Program-made: the position numbers and the translations under genes
Source of the DNA: Fidelibacterota bacterium
GTDB taxonomy: Bacteria; Fidelibacterota; UBA8477; JABMPR01
Direction of reading: 5' to 3'
NCBI GenBank assembly: GCA_024278595.1
Contig: JAJRSW010000002.1
Location: forward strand, 11,945-75,944
Length of the DNA: 64,000 nucleotides
Shown here: piece by piece, positions 19,877 through 29,636 of the stretch
Numbering within the stretch: the stretch's first letter is position 1
Layout: each line of letters starts with the position of its first letter
The notes under the pieces: model-generated
Told to the model about the DNA's origin: nothing
Database searches by the model: none
Seen by the model: the letters and a program-made list of their open reading frames with translations, nothing else

Positions 19877-20611
19877 TTATTTTGAAGAACGATCGATCTG
19901 ATCGCGCAGTGAGGCCGCTTTTTCGTAGTTCTCAGACAGCAATGCCATCTGTAATTCAATTTCCAGTTTCTCAATGGGGGGCAGCTCAGTGGGCAACCCG
20001 TCATCGGTGATCCGGTGCTGTAATTCCTTCAATTGGTAGATCTCGGGACTCAGATCCGCTTCAGGATCTTCCAGAACATTTTCGTAAACATGTTTGATTT
20101 GCCGGATCCCGGCATTTAAAATTTTCAGAGCTTCAGATTTATCATTCAGCTCAAGTTTGAGCATGATCTTGGCACTGGTATTCATCATCATCACATAGGG
20201 TCGATGTTGTTGACTGGCAAAATTCTCTACAGCACTGGAATGATTGGCAATGACGTTCAGAATATCCAGATTATGACGAGTGTCCCGGATCACACCTTGA
20301 TAATCTTTTAACTGATGCAGGCTGAGATAGCGATGATAGTACTGTAAGCCTTCCTGTCTCAGGTCAAAAATTTGTCGCGGCGTCAGTAAAAAATTTTCTT
20401 CAGAACCAGCCAATGATCGATAGTAGTGCATGTAGGATTCAAAACCCATTGGGAGCAGACCATCCGGTCGACCTTCATATTCCATCTGGATCAAGCCCAG
20501 ATCTATACGCATCTGAATTTTTTGACGTCCATCGTCACCTTCGATCATCCGGGCAGTCACTGCCAGCGCTTCGAAGGGCCATTCATTTAATATTTTACTA
20601 ATATCCATCAC
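19877..20611 (-). CDS. Hypothetical protein with a C-terminal UVR (UvrB/UvrC) motif
   Basis: 244 aa. C-terminus LQMALLSENYEKAASLRDQIDR matches the UVR helix-hairpin signature. The rest is uncharacterised. Confidence 0.6.
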   Translation of the reverse strand: MMDISKILNEWPFEALAVTARMIEGDDGRQKIQMRIDLGLIQMEYEGRPDGLLPMGFESYMHYYRSLAGSEENFLLTPRQIFDLRQEGLQYYHRYLSLHQLKDYQGVIRDTRHNLDILNVIANHSSAVENFASQQHRPYVMMMNTSAKIMLKLELNDKSEALKILNAGIRQIKHVYENVLEDPEADLSPEIYQLKELQHRITDDGLPTELPPIEKLEIELQMALLSENYEKAASLRDQIDRSSK

Positions 20612-20750
20612 GCCTAATTAAATCGGATTCGCCATCTTCTCCAACCTTTCATGTACCTCAATTCAATTTTGTTCCCCTTAGCTGCCAGGAGGACGGTTTA
20701 GGGTCGAGTTTAAGTATCTCACTGAGGAAACTCAAAGCATTGGCTAGATA

Positions 20751-20785
20751 GGACTTTTGACTTTCGACTTTGGACTTCCGACTAT
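20751..20785. repeat. Heptanucleotide tandem repeat, 5 units (GGACTTT TGACTTT CGACTTT GGACTTC CGACTAT)
   Basis: Read directly, in perfect 7-nt phase. It ends 17 nt upstream of the ATG at 20803, in a divergent promoter region. Confidence 0.85.
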
Positions 20786-20802
20786 TTTCCTAGATTGCTG
20801 CC

Positions 20803-21741
20803 ATGAACGCACACCGCCATAATCGCGAAATCATTTTACTGGGTCTGGCACCTGTGACTGCTAAAGTTCACGGTATGTGGCACAAGGGGTATCCTGTTCA
20901 CCAGGGTGAGACTGAGGCGAGCATTAATTTTGCCACACTCTATGCTTCTGAGCATGGTATCATACCGGATCAGGATCTGCTGCGAAAGGAGTGGTTGAAC
21001 CTTGTCGATACTTTGCTTGCCGCTGGGTTCCACCTGCATATCGTCCCCTTTCCAGAAGCGTTGAATCGCCCGGATAGTCTTTATCATGATGCAGTTTTTA
21101 TTCGTGATGGGGGCTTGATCTTTCGAGGAATATGGATAAAAAGTCGCTTTAGCGTAAAAGATCGAATCTATGAGGGTGAATTTCACACCAAACTTATTGA
21201 AGCAAAATTGAATAAAACGGTGGTGACCCTTCCCACAGAGGCTTTTCTCGAAGGTGGTGATATCAGCTATCTGGAAACCTGCCAAGGGAGCTATTATTTC
21301 GGAGGTCTTTCACGGTCCAACAAAGTGGGGCACGATTTTGTCCGGGGAATCATCCGGCCGGATCAATACATCCTCATCGAATCAGAAGGATACCACCTGG
21401 ATACCGTTTTTACTCCCGTGGTGAACGCAGATAACTGCCTGGTGGCTGTCATAGTCACTGCCGACAAACTTAGCCAAGACAGTATGAAGGCACTACATAA
21501 CCTGGGTGTCAGGGTCATTGAAGTATCTGCCATGGATTCATCAGGTGTTGCCGACCAACTGGGTGATTACGCCGTAAACGCACTGATTGCACCCGGCATC
21601 ATGGTCAACAGCAGTTATTTCAGTACACCTGGAGTGGAAGAGCTGCTAAGCGAACTAAATATTCAGCGCTTTGTGACACCCCTGACGAGTTTTCTCTATG
21701 CCGGAGGCTCAGTTCACTGTCTCACCAATGATATCTACTAG
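20803..21741 (+). CDS. Amidinotransferase-superfamily enzyme (DDAH / arginine deiminase-like guanidino-group modifying enzyme)
   Basis: 312 aa. GYHLDTVF histidine motif. C-terminal catalytic Cys context AGGSVHCLTNDI. Confidence 0.65.
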   Translation: MNAHRHNREIILLGLAPVTAKVHGMWHKGYPVHQGETEASINFATLYASEHGIIPDQDLLRKEWLNLVDTLLAAGFHLHIVPFPEALNRPDSLYHDAVFIRDGGLIFRGIWIKSRFSVKDRIYEGEFHTKLIEAKLNKTVVTLPTEAFLEGGDISYLETCQGSYYFGGLSRSNKVGHDFVRGIIRPDQYILIESEGYHLDTVFTPVVNADNCLVAVIVTADKLSQDSMKALHNLGVRVIEVSAMDSSGVADQLGDYAVNALIAPGIMVNSSYFSTPGVEELLSELNIQRFVTPLTSFLYAGGSVHCLTNDIY

Positions 21742-21884
21742 ACCCATCCTTATGCTGCCCTAACCGGTTCCAGGTGTGGCGTAAACTTTAATCATCGCGG
21801 TGTGTGTCTCCAAATTCTGGTTGAATGACACTAGTGTCCGAACACATCAACTCACCTTTCAGCTAAGCAGCAGAACCAAGCAGT

Positions 21885-21913
21885 TAAAAAAAAGACCGGT
21901 GGATCACCGGTCT
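21885..21913 (-). terminator. Rho-independent terminator of rpsT
   Basis: AGACCGGTG-GAT-CACCGGTCT hairpin, followed on the minus strand by T8. It lies between convergent genes. Confidence 0.8.
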
Positions 21914-21955
21914 TAAATAAACATAGCCTGGGGACTATTAGATCAGAAAAGCTGG

Positions 21956-22210
21956 TCAGCTAAAGCTTGCCATGTGTTTGGATATACGGGACTTTTGGTT
22001 AGCTGCTTTATTCTTGTGGATGATACCACTAGCAGCGACTTTATCGATAATTGAGATAGCAGAGTGACCGAGAGTTGTGGCAGTTTCTGCATCCTCAGCT
22101 GCGATTGCTTTCTTTATGGCGCTTTTCATCATTGAGTTGTAATGCTTATTGCGTACGCGAGCTTTCTCAGCTTGTCTGATACGTTTAGCGATGGTCTTTT
22201 TAACAGGCAT
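21956..22210 (-). CDS. rpsT: 30S ribosomal protein S20
   Basis: MPVKKTIAKRIRQAEKARVRNKHYNSMMKSAIKK. 84 aa, basic. Confidence 0.95.
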   Translation of the reverse strand: MPVKKTIAKRIRQAEKARVRNKHYNSMMKSAIKKAIAAEDAETATTLGHSAISIIDKVAASGIIHKNKAANQKSRISKHMASFS

Positions 22211-22777
22211 AATTTTTCCTTCTCCTCAAAAATGCCCGCGAATATAGCTGCCCACCAAGCGTCTGTCAACGCTTTAAGTTGAAATATAAAACACCCACTT
22301 GGCGTAATTTAATTCAGAATAAATCAGTTAAAACCTTTTCATTGCTGTCCCAAACATTTATTGAATGATACCCGCCACTACCAGAACCAAACTAAAGCTA
22401 TTAAACTGACCATTTTCGATTTCGATCTTCAAGTTTCATTCGGCTGGTATTTTTCCTTTATGTGGCTTGACTTATATGCTGCTAAAATATCTAATCGACC
22501 GGTCGTGTTGTCCCAGTACTGTTTACCAATACTCAGACTAGCTGCAATCTTATTTGATCAGGGCAGATCTGCTATCAGGCGCAGCTCGGCCCCGCCCAAG
22601 GCAGATGATGAGCGTAGCTGGAGGCCAATTTGTGGATCAGTAAAGAATCGTTTTAGTAGAGCTAAGAAATATTTCGATAAAATGAAATTAGTGTTTTTGC
22701 TTTGCCGGTTTTCGTTCTACTTTATTCAACAATACAGGTGGTAGGAAAGCAGGGCTCATTAAAATGGCTGAATTCCC

Positions 22778-23518
22778 ATGGAACAGCGTTTTAGTGGTAA
22801 AGAGGAGAACATGATGAACGAACGTTTTGATGAAGTAAAGGATACACTAAGGTTAGTTCCACTTTTTTCTGATCTGAGTGATAAGGTACTGGCACATCTG
22901 ACAAACGTCTGTCAGGAAAAAACCTATGATAAGGATCAGCATATCCTGCATCAGGAGCAAACCGGTGATAATTTCTTTATTATCGAGAGTGGGTCGGTCA
23001 AGGTCACCCGCTTGGCAGAGGATGGCCGTGAAGCAGTGTTGGCATTCTTGCGTGAAGGTGACTTTTTTGGTGAATTAGCCATTCTGGACGGGGAGACACG
23101 CTCAGCAAATGTGATCACGCTTTCTGAATGTAAGATTCAAACTATCAACCGCCAGGAATTCCTGGATCTTTTGGAGCATCACCCCAAAGTAGCCACCGCG
23201 TTGCTGATGGAATTAGCCCTGCGGTTGCGGAAAACGGATATGCATCTGGAATACCTGACCCTCAGTGATGCTGAAGGTAAGATCGCCTCCATCCTCATTG
23301 AATTGGCCGAGGAGAACGGCACCTATAAGATGGGCGATGTGACCCTGGGACATATGCCCATGCAGCAGGATATTGCCAATATGGCTGGCACGACCCGTGA
23401 AACTGTTTCCCGCATGATGAAAAAATTGGAAGAAAAGAATTGGCTCTCCCGGGATGGTCAAAAGGTCGTTATCCGCAAGTACAGTAAATTCAAGGAAATA
23501 TATCAACTCAAATTCTGA
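22778..23518 (+). CDS. Crp/Fnr-family transcriptional regulator
   Basis: cNMP-binding domain (FFGELAILDGETRSANV). C-terminal HTH (GTTRETVSRMMKKLEEKNWL). An alternative start at 22811 is possible. Confidence 0.88.
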   Translation: MEQRFSGKEENMMNERFDEVKDTLRLVPLFSDLSDKVLAHLTNVCQEKTYDKDQHILHQEQTGDNFFIIESGSVKVTRLAEDGREAVLAFLREGDFFGELAILDGETRSANVITLSECKIQTINRQEFLDLLEHHPKVATALLMELALRLRKTDMHLEYLTLSDAEGKIASILIELAEENGTYKMGDVTLGHMPMQQDIANMAGTTRETVSRMMKKLEEKNWLSRDGQKVVIRKYSKFKEIYQLKF

Positions 23519-23530
23519 TCCTGAATCCTA

Positions 23531-24463
23531 ATGAAAATTGATCTTGACGGAATTCTTAATTCCAGGCGCCTGGCAATCACCCGGGCGCTTTCATTTGTGG
23601 AAAATTCGGATGACCTGGACATGGCCCTGACAGATGCCCTGTTCCAGCACCTGGGCCATGCTTATCGGGTCGGAATAACTGGTCCACCCGGGGCAGGTAA
23701 AAGTTCTCTGGCAGATCGCATGATCGAATATTGGCGATCCAAAGATAAACGGGTTGCGGTGATCTCAGTTGATCCCACCAGTCCTTTTACCGGCGGGGCT
23801 ATCCTGGGCGACCGGGTGCGTATGGGACAGCATTATTCTGACAAAGGGGTCTTCATCAGATCCATGGCCACCCGTGGCAGTCAGGGTGGTTTGGCTCTCC
23901 GGACCCAGGATGCCGCTGATGTATTTGACGCAGCGGGGTTTGATATTATCCTGTATGAAACTGTGGGCGTCGGGCAAGTGGAGTTGGATGTTGCCCAAGC
24001 TGCCGATACCACCTTGGTGGTGCTGGTTCCAGAATCTGGTGATGATATTCAAGCCATGAAAGCCGGTCTGATGGAGATCGCAGATCTGTTCGTCATAAAC
24101 AAAGCAGACCGACAGGGAGCCAATCAGGCAATGGTTCAGATCCAGTCCATGCTGGCGATGAGGCACCCGGAGGAGGGGATCTGGTCTCCAGAAGTCTTAA
24201 AGACCAACGCCCTTAACGCAGAAGGCACCGCCACCCTGATGGAACGGCTGGAGGCCCACCAACAATTTCTGCTGGAGCAGGGTATTTTTCGCCAAAATTT
24301 TAAGGATCGCATCATCGCTAAGATCAGAAACCATATTGACCAACATGTGATGGATCAATTCTGGACCGCTGAGAAAACTGATGTTTTGAATGGATCGATG
24401 GCTAAGGATGATGCAGGCAGGATCATCCCCGGTCAGATCGTAAAAAAACTTTTACAACTTTAA
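23531..24463 (+). CDS. meaB: MeaB/ArgK-type G3E-family GTPase (methylmalonyl-CoA mutase-associated)
   Basis: Walker A GPPGAGKSSL, ETVGVGQ, NKADR. 310 aa. No mutase gene lies in the window. Confidence 0.8.
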   Translation: MKIDLDGILNSRRLAITRALSFVENSDDLDMALTDALFQHLGHAYRVGITGPPGAGKSSLADRMIEYWRSKDKRVAVISVDPTSPFTGGAILGDRVRMGQHYSDKGVFIRSMATRGSQGGLALRTQDAADVFDAAGFDIILYETVGVGQVELDVAQAADTTLVVLVPESGDDIQAMKAGLMEIADLFVINKADRQGANQAMVQIQSMLAMRHPEEGIWSPEVLKTNALNAEGTATLMERLEAHQQFLLEQGIFRQNFKDRIIAKIRNHIDQHVMDQFWTAEKTDVLNGSMAKDDAGRIIPGQIVKKLLQL

Positions 24464-24897
24464 GCCCACTACTGGTTGACACTTACATCCCAGTCTTCAG
24501 ATACCCCTGAGGGCAAATTCTACATCCTGGTAATAGATCGGGAAGTCACACCACCCCGCTGACATCGACCACAATCATTAACTCAGTTGAAGAATAACCG
24601 AAGAAGGGCAGACCTTTAGCTGCTATGTTGATCATTTTCGCCATAAATTCACTACTTAGCCAGTTCCAAAAGCAGTCTAAACACAAGCTAATCCTGACCA
24701 GCCCGTGTTTATCATCCAATCTTTACAATGACTGATATCACCATTTGAGATCTTATGGAACATTGCCAATGCCATAAGAACGGGAAATTAACAGTTGCCC
24801 ACCTGGCATTGAATCATATTCGCTATCGGTATTAATATGTTCTCTCTCAGCTCAATTGAGGTTTTTCTAACCTGGAATCCTTTTATCTTAACCGCTT

Positions 24898-25704
24898 ATG
24901 AATAAGCTGACAAATACTGAAATGCCACTGCTGGAACATCTTGAAGAGTTGAGATGGCGGATCATTAAAGCTTTGAGCAGTGTTATCATCTTTGCAGTGG
25001 TCGGCTTCATTTTTTCCAACCAGCTTATTTATATTCTCAGCATTCCAATCGAGCAGACCGAACCGAGATTAGAACTGCTGAATACCACTATTCTGGGTGT
25101 ATTCCTGGCCAAAATGCGGGTGGCTGTCGTCCTGGGGATTGTGTGCTCCCTGCCGATTATCATCCACCAGGTCTGGCGCTTTATTGCACCGGGATTACTG
25201 GAGGACGAACGGGCATTTGCACCCATGCTTATCATCACCACGATCTTTAGTTTTATAGTTGGCTCACTCTTCTCTTATTTTGTAATGATTCCCTGGTCAC
25301 TGAAATTTTTTGCCGTCCTAAATTATGGCTTGGAAGGTCTGGTCAATTACGTCACCATCACCGACTATCTTAACTATATCACAGTATTGATACTTTTTAC
25401 TGGTATGGCTTTTGAATTACCGGTTGTGATCTATCTGCTGGCCAAGATCGGCCTGGTGAATCCCGGGATGTTGAGAAAGGTCAGACGCTTTGCCTACCTG
25501 GTGATCCTGGTCATCTCAGCCATTTTTACCCCGGCGGATCCTTTTACCATGTTGGGTGTAGCCATGCCCATGATCCTGCTTTACGAAGTGAGTATCTGGG
25601 TGGCAAAACTGGTGAAGCAGAACAAGCAGAAAACTGATGACGCTGAGGATGATCCTGAGGGTATAAATAAGGGAGATGAGTTACTTGAAGATTTCCTTGG
25701 ATGA
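24898..25704 (+). CDS. tatC: Twin-arginine translocase subunit TatC
   Basis: MPLLEHLEELRWRIIKAL N-terminal signature, six hydrophobic segments, 268 aa. Confidence 0.9.
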   Translation: MNKLTNTEMPLLEHLEELRWRIIKALSSVIIFAVVGFIFSNQLIYILSIPIEQTEPRLELLNTTILGVFLAKMRVAVVLGIVCSLPIIIHQVWRFIAPGLLEDERAFAPMLIITTIFSFIVGSLFSYFVMIPWSLKFFAVLNYGLEGLVNYVTITDYLNYITVLILFTGMAFELPVVIYLLAKIGLVNPGMLRKVRRFAYLVILVISAIFTPADPFTMLGVAMPMILLYEVSIWVAKLVKQNKQKTDDAEDDPEGINKGDELLEDFLG

Positions 25705-26662
25705 TCTCCTAAGACCCATTCAGGCGGAGCTCAATAGTTTTCAGAACTATTTTGAGAATTCGCTGAAGTCCCATGTTTTCCTGATCAACCAGGTCATGAA
25801 ATTCATCATTGCCCAAAAAGGCAAAAAAATGCGCCCCATGCTGCTGTTGCTTGCTGCCAAGTTGAATGGAGAATGTACCGAGCAAACCTATTCAGTGGCC
25901 ACCCTGGTAGAGGTTTTGCATACAGCCACCCTGGTCCATGATGATGTGGTGGATGAAGCTGAGACTCGCCGAGGGTTGCCCAGTATCAATTCTATCTGGC
26001 GCAACAAGATCAGTGTCCTTATTGGAGACTATCTTTTTTCAAAAGCTCTGGTGAAAATGGTCGACCTCAAGCATCCGGAGATGCTGGACCTGTTGGCCAA
26101 TACAGCCAATAAACTGGTTACGGGTGAGATCGATCAGATCGACCGGGCCCGGTCCGATACCATGACTGAAAGTGCCTATTATGCCATGATCGAGGATAAA
26201 ACAGCCTCACTATTGGCCACTGGCTGTAAACTGGGTGCCATGACCACCTCAGATGATGAGGCAGTCTGGAATGCGCTCTTTGAGTACGGCCGCAACTTTG
26301 GGATCGCGTTTCAGATAAAAGATGACCTGTTTGATTTCGAAGGACGGGCCGCTTCCGTGGGGAAACCCATTGGTCTGGATGTTAAACACAATATGGTGAC
26401 TCTGCCCATCATTCACGCCTTACAGCAGGCGGACAAACAGGAAGTGCGTGAATTCAAGCGCATGATCAAGAAGGGCAGTGACCGGGCGGTTAAAAAGTAT
26501 GTTTTAAATTTTATCAACCAGTATGGCGGTCTGGAATACACCAAACAGCGTTTACAGGACTATTCCGATCAAGCCAAAGCCAGCCTGGACCTTTTCCCCG
26601 ATAGCCCCATCAAACACTCCATGATCCAGTTTATTGATTTCAATATCCAACGCGAAAAGTAA
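25676..26662 (+). CDS. Long-chain polyprenyl diphosphate synthase (IspB-like)
   Basis: First DDxxD motif LVHDDVVDEAETRRG. Second motif FQIKDDLFD. The annotated start overlaps tatC by 29 nt. Confidence 0.88.
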   Translation: MSYLKISLDDLLRPIQAELNSFQNYFENSLKSHVFLINQVMKFIIAQKGKKMRPMLLLLAAKLNGECTEQTYSVATLVEVLHTATLVHDDVVDEAETRRGLPSINSIWRNKISVLIGDYLFSKALVKMVDLKHPEMLDLLANTANKLVTGEIDQIDRARSDTMTESAYYAMIEDKTASLLATGCKLGAMTTSDDEAVWNALFEYGRNFGIAFQIKDDLFDFEGRAASVGKPIGLDVKHNMVTLPIIHALQQADKQEVREFKRMIKKGSDRAVKKYVLNFINQYGGLEYTKQRLQDYSDQAKASLDLFPDSPIKHSMIQFIDFNIQREK

Positions 26663-26666
26663 GCGC

Positions 26667-27320
26667 ATGCCGTGCCATATTCGAATCAAAGACCTGGCAC
26701 TCAGTTATTGCTGGAAAAACTATGAGAAAAAGATCTTTCAGGACCTGAACCTGGGTATCGAGCAGGGCAGCTTTGTTACCATTACGGGTGGGAATGGCAG
26801 TGGTAAGAGTAGTCTGATCAAGCTTATCCTGGGTCTGATCAGTCCCGGGAAAGGCACTGTAGAGCTTGCCGGAAGCCCGGTAAAAGCTGGCTTCCCAACT
26901 GCGGTCCGCCACCACCAGATCGCCTATCTGGCACAACAGATCGAAGAACTCTTCTTTGCCGAAACCGTTCGTGAAGAATTAGCCTACAATACCGAGAACC
27001 AGGCGGGTATAGCAGACCTGTATTTAACCGAGTTAGGCTTGACCCATCTGCTTGACCGGACCATCGAAAGTTTATCTGGTGGTGAACGACAGAGCGTGGC
27101 ATTGGCCCAATTCATGACCCATGAAGCGCCCCTGTTGCTACTGGATGAACCCAGTTCCTATCTGGACCAGCATCGAGCAAACCTGTTAAAGAAATATCTT
27201 AAGGATGCTCAAATGGCTGGTAAAACTGTGCTGCATGTCAGCCAATACCAGGCCGAGATCCATTGGGGCTCCCATTTTATCGATCTGGATGAAGATCAGC
27301 CAAGGTTAATACTGCTTTGA
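26667..27320 (+). CDS. ABC transporter ATP-binding protein (ECF/cobalt-type ATPase-like)
   Basis: Walker A GGNGSGKSSL, signature LSGGERQ, Walker B LLLDEPSSYLD. The ATG at 26667 avoids overlap with the upstream gene. Confidence 0.85.
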   Translation: MPCHIRIKDLALSYCWKNYEKKIFQDLNLGIEQGSFVTITGGNGSGKSSLIKLILGLISPGKGTVELAGSPVKAGFPTAVRHHQIAYLAQQIEELFFAETVREELAYNTENQAGIADLYLTELGLTHLLDRTIESLSGGERQSVALAQFMTHEAPLLLLDEPSSYLDQHRANLLKKYLKDAQMAGKTVLHVSQYQAEIHWGSHFIDLDEDQPRLILL

Positions 27321-27976
27321 AACTAATTATTCCAGCCCTGAAACGCAGCTATCCCGGCAATGATGAATTCCAGTTGGAAACCCCGGAGTTAATATTTGAC
27401 GAACCAGGCTATACCTGTGTCATCGGGGCGAATGGGTCGGGCAAAAGCAGTTTTGGCGAGGCGCTGGCCCAACACAGCAGGCTGTCCGACGAACAGAATT
27501 GGTACTTCTTGCCACAATATCTTGAGCGGTTCTTATTCGCCGAGAATATCGCTGAACAACTTTCTGAACTGCTCTCACAGAAAATTGATGAAGCCCGTCT
27601 GATCAAACTATTGGATCAGTTGGGCTTCATGGATCCGGCCGGAATGCTGGAATTCCCGTTTCTGCTCATGAGTGGAGGAGAACGGCGCCGGATTGCCTTG
27701 GTTTGTGTATTTTACCTGGAGCCAGAGTACCTTATTATGGATGAACCGGATATTGGTGTTACTGCAAAAGAAAACATGGTGCTGCTAACTAAAATAAATA
27801 ATTTAGGGGCTATAAATGCGGGCTTGGTTGTGATCTCTCATAGTTATGATTTCGTAAAGGGATCCTCCGGGCTCATTTGCCTTAAAGCAGGTCAGGTACA
27901 AGAAGTGGGCAAAACCAGCGCCCTATTGGCTGACCCTGAATTTAAACTAAAGGAATGGGGCGTCAGGTTTCAATAG
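27317..27976 (+). CDS. Second ABC-type ATP-binding protein
   Basis: Walker A GANGSGKSS, signature MSGGERRR, Walker B LIMDEPDIG. TTG start in a TTGA overlap with the upstream stop codon. Confidence 0.75.
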   Translation: MKLIIPALKRSYPGNDEFQLETPELIFDEPGYTCVIGANGSGKSSFGEALAQHSRLSDEQNWYFLPQYLERFLFAENIAEQLSELLSQKIDEARLIKLLDQLGFMDPAGMLEFPFLLMSGGERRRIALVCVFYLEPEYLIMDEPDIGVTAKENMVLLTKINNLGAINAGLVVISHSYDFVKGSSGLICLKAGQVQEVGKTSALLADPEFKLKEWGVRFQ

Positions 27977-27979
27977 CGA

Positions 27980-28555
27980 ATGAACACAACAAAAAAAATA
28001 TATAAGCTATTAACAGCGGCCAATATGACATCCGTGGCCCGGGCGCTGATGGTCTTTCCCATCGTTTATCTACTCAATAAATGGGATGGGGATCTGGTAA
28101 ATTTTCCCATGTGGGCGGCCTTTTGGATCACCATGGCCATATTCTCAGATTATCTGGATGGCTGGTTCGCCAGATCATACCATGAAGTGAGTCGCTTTGG
28201 CAAATTTCTGGACCCGGTAGCTGATAAGATCGTAATTTTTGGTGCTCTGTTTTTTGCGAGACCAATCTCAGAGTCTTTACCAGCCTGGTTTGTGGCCTTT
28301 GTGATCCTCAGAGAGATCTTTATTTTTGCTCTGGGTTATCTGGTGAGCAAAGATTCTAAACGTGAGATGCAGGCCAACCGAACCGGGAAATGGTCCGTGT
28401 TTTTAACCAGTATCGCTTTCATTCTGCTGATCTTTAAACTTCAACCCTGGGCAAACTATCTCATTTATCTCACCACGGCGGTGGGTTCAGTATCCTTCAT
28501 CCTTTATATGAAGTACTATTATCACCTTTACCAGGTTGACGTGAAACAAAAATAG
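27980..28555 (+). CDS. CDP-alcohol phosphatidyltransferase-family membrane protein
   Basis: DYLDGWFAR-x8-GKFLDPVADK matches D-x2-DG-x2-AR...G-x3-D-x3-D. Multiple TM segments. Confidence 0.85.
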   Translation: MNTTKKIYKLLTAANMTSVARALMVFPIVYLLNKWDGDLVNFPMWAAFWITMAIFSDYLDGWFARSYHEVSRFGKFLDPVADKIVIFGALFFARPISESLPAWFVAFVILREIFIFALGYLVSKDSKREMQANRTGKWSVFLTSIAFILLIFKLQPWANYLIYLTTAVGSVSFILYMKYYYHLYQVDVKQK

Positions 28556-28706
28556 CTTTGCGTAAAATCTTAAGAACCACGGATTCCACTGATTGCCCAG
28601 ACGAAAGACAATGGCAGGTACTTCAACTCACCATGGCCTTGGCGAGAGCGTAACGCGCCACCATTATTCAATAAGAAACTCATAAACTCAAGAAACTCCC
28701 CACCCC

Positions 28707-29636
28707 ATGTTATTTTCGGCAACATTTAAAAAATTAAAACAAGGTTTAAGTCGCTCCCGGACTCAACTCAACAACCGGATGAGCAAGCTGTTTACTGGCT
28801 CTGTCCCGCTCACTGAACAAATGCTGGAGGAAATTGAAGAAACCCTTATCTCCGCTGATATCGGCGTGGACCTCTCTCTGGAGATCATTGAGAACCTCCG
28901 TAAAAACTTTCCGCTGAACCAGGTGGTTGATATGGCGACAGTTGTGGCCTTCCTGCGAGCTGATCTCAGCCAGCGGATGACCAGTAAGCCAGGGGAGGCA
29001 GAGGGGCATGAGAAACCTTATGTTATTCTGGTGGTGGGTGTCAATGGGACGGGTAAGACCACATCCATTGGAAAACTGGCCCATCATTATTCAAAAGCTG
29101 GTAAAAAAGTACTACTGGTTGCCGGTGACACATTTAGAGCTGCTGCCATCGAACAACTAGCCATCTGGTCGGAGCGCAGTGGGGCTGAGCTGATGCAGAA
29201 AGAGGCAACTGACCCCAGTGCAGTGGTCTTTGATGCCCTGCAGAGCGCCAAACAGAGGGGCCTCGATGTTGTGATTATCGATACTGCCGGCCGCCTGCAT
29301 ACCCAAAAGAATCTTATGGTCGAACTGGACAAGATCCAACGGGTGATCAAAAAGGTTATCCCCAGTGCACCCCATGAGACAGTCCTGACCATTGATGCAA
29401 CCACGGGTCAGAACGGACTGATCCAGGCTCGTCAATTCTCACAGGTTACACCGGTTGATCATTTATTTCTCACCAAATTAGATGGCACGGCCAAGGGTGG
29501 CATCGCTATTGCCATTCACCATAACTTGGATATTCCAGTCAAGTATATTGGCCTTGGCGAACAGATCGAGGATATCCAGAATTTTGATCCTGTTAGTTAT
29601 GTGGAAGCCCTCTTCCAGGTTCGGGAAACCCATTAG
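28707..29636 (+). CDS. ftsY: Signal recognition particle receptor FtsY (NG domains only)
   Basis: GVNGTGKTTSIGKLA, DTAGRLH, TKLDGTAKGG, GLGEQIEDI. Confidence 0.95.
   Translation: MLFSATFKKLKQGLSRSRTQLNNRMSKLFTGSVPLTEQMLEEIEETLISADIGVDLSLEIIENLRKNFPLNQVVDMATVVAFLRADLSQRMTSKPGEAEGHEKPYVILVVGVNGTGKTTSIGKLAHHYSKAGKKVLLVAGDTFRAAAIEQLAIWSERSGAELMQKEATDPSAVVFDALQSAKQRGLDVVIIDTAGRLHTQKNLMVELDKIQRVIKKVIPSAPHETVLTIDATTGQNGLIQARQFSQVTPVDHLFLTKLDGTAKGGIAIAIHHNLDIPVKYIGLGEQIEDIQNFDPVSYVEALFQVRETH

Noticed and set aside
22361-22744. A 127-aa ORF in the rpsT/crp intergenic region.
   Set aside because: It has no recognisable motif. Its composition is odd (FSFMWLDLY, CRFSFYFIQQYRW). It has no RBS and spans both AT-rich and GC-rich non-coding-looking sequence. 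It is more likely non-coding.
26693-26712. A TGGCAC...TTGC sigma-54-like string (CTGGCACTCAGTTATTGCTGG).
   Set aside because: The spacing between the GG and GC elements is 2 nt too long, and the string lies inside the ABC ATPase coding sequence.
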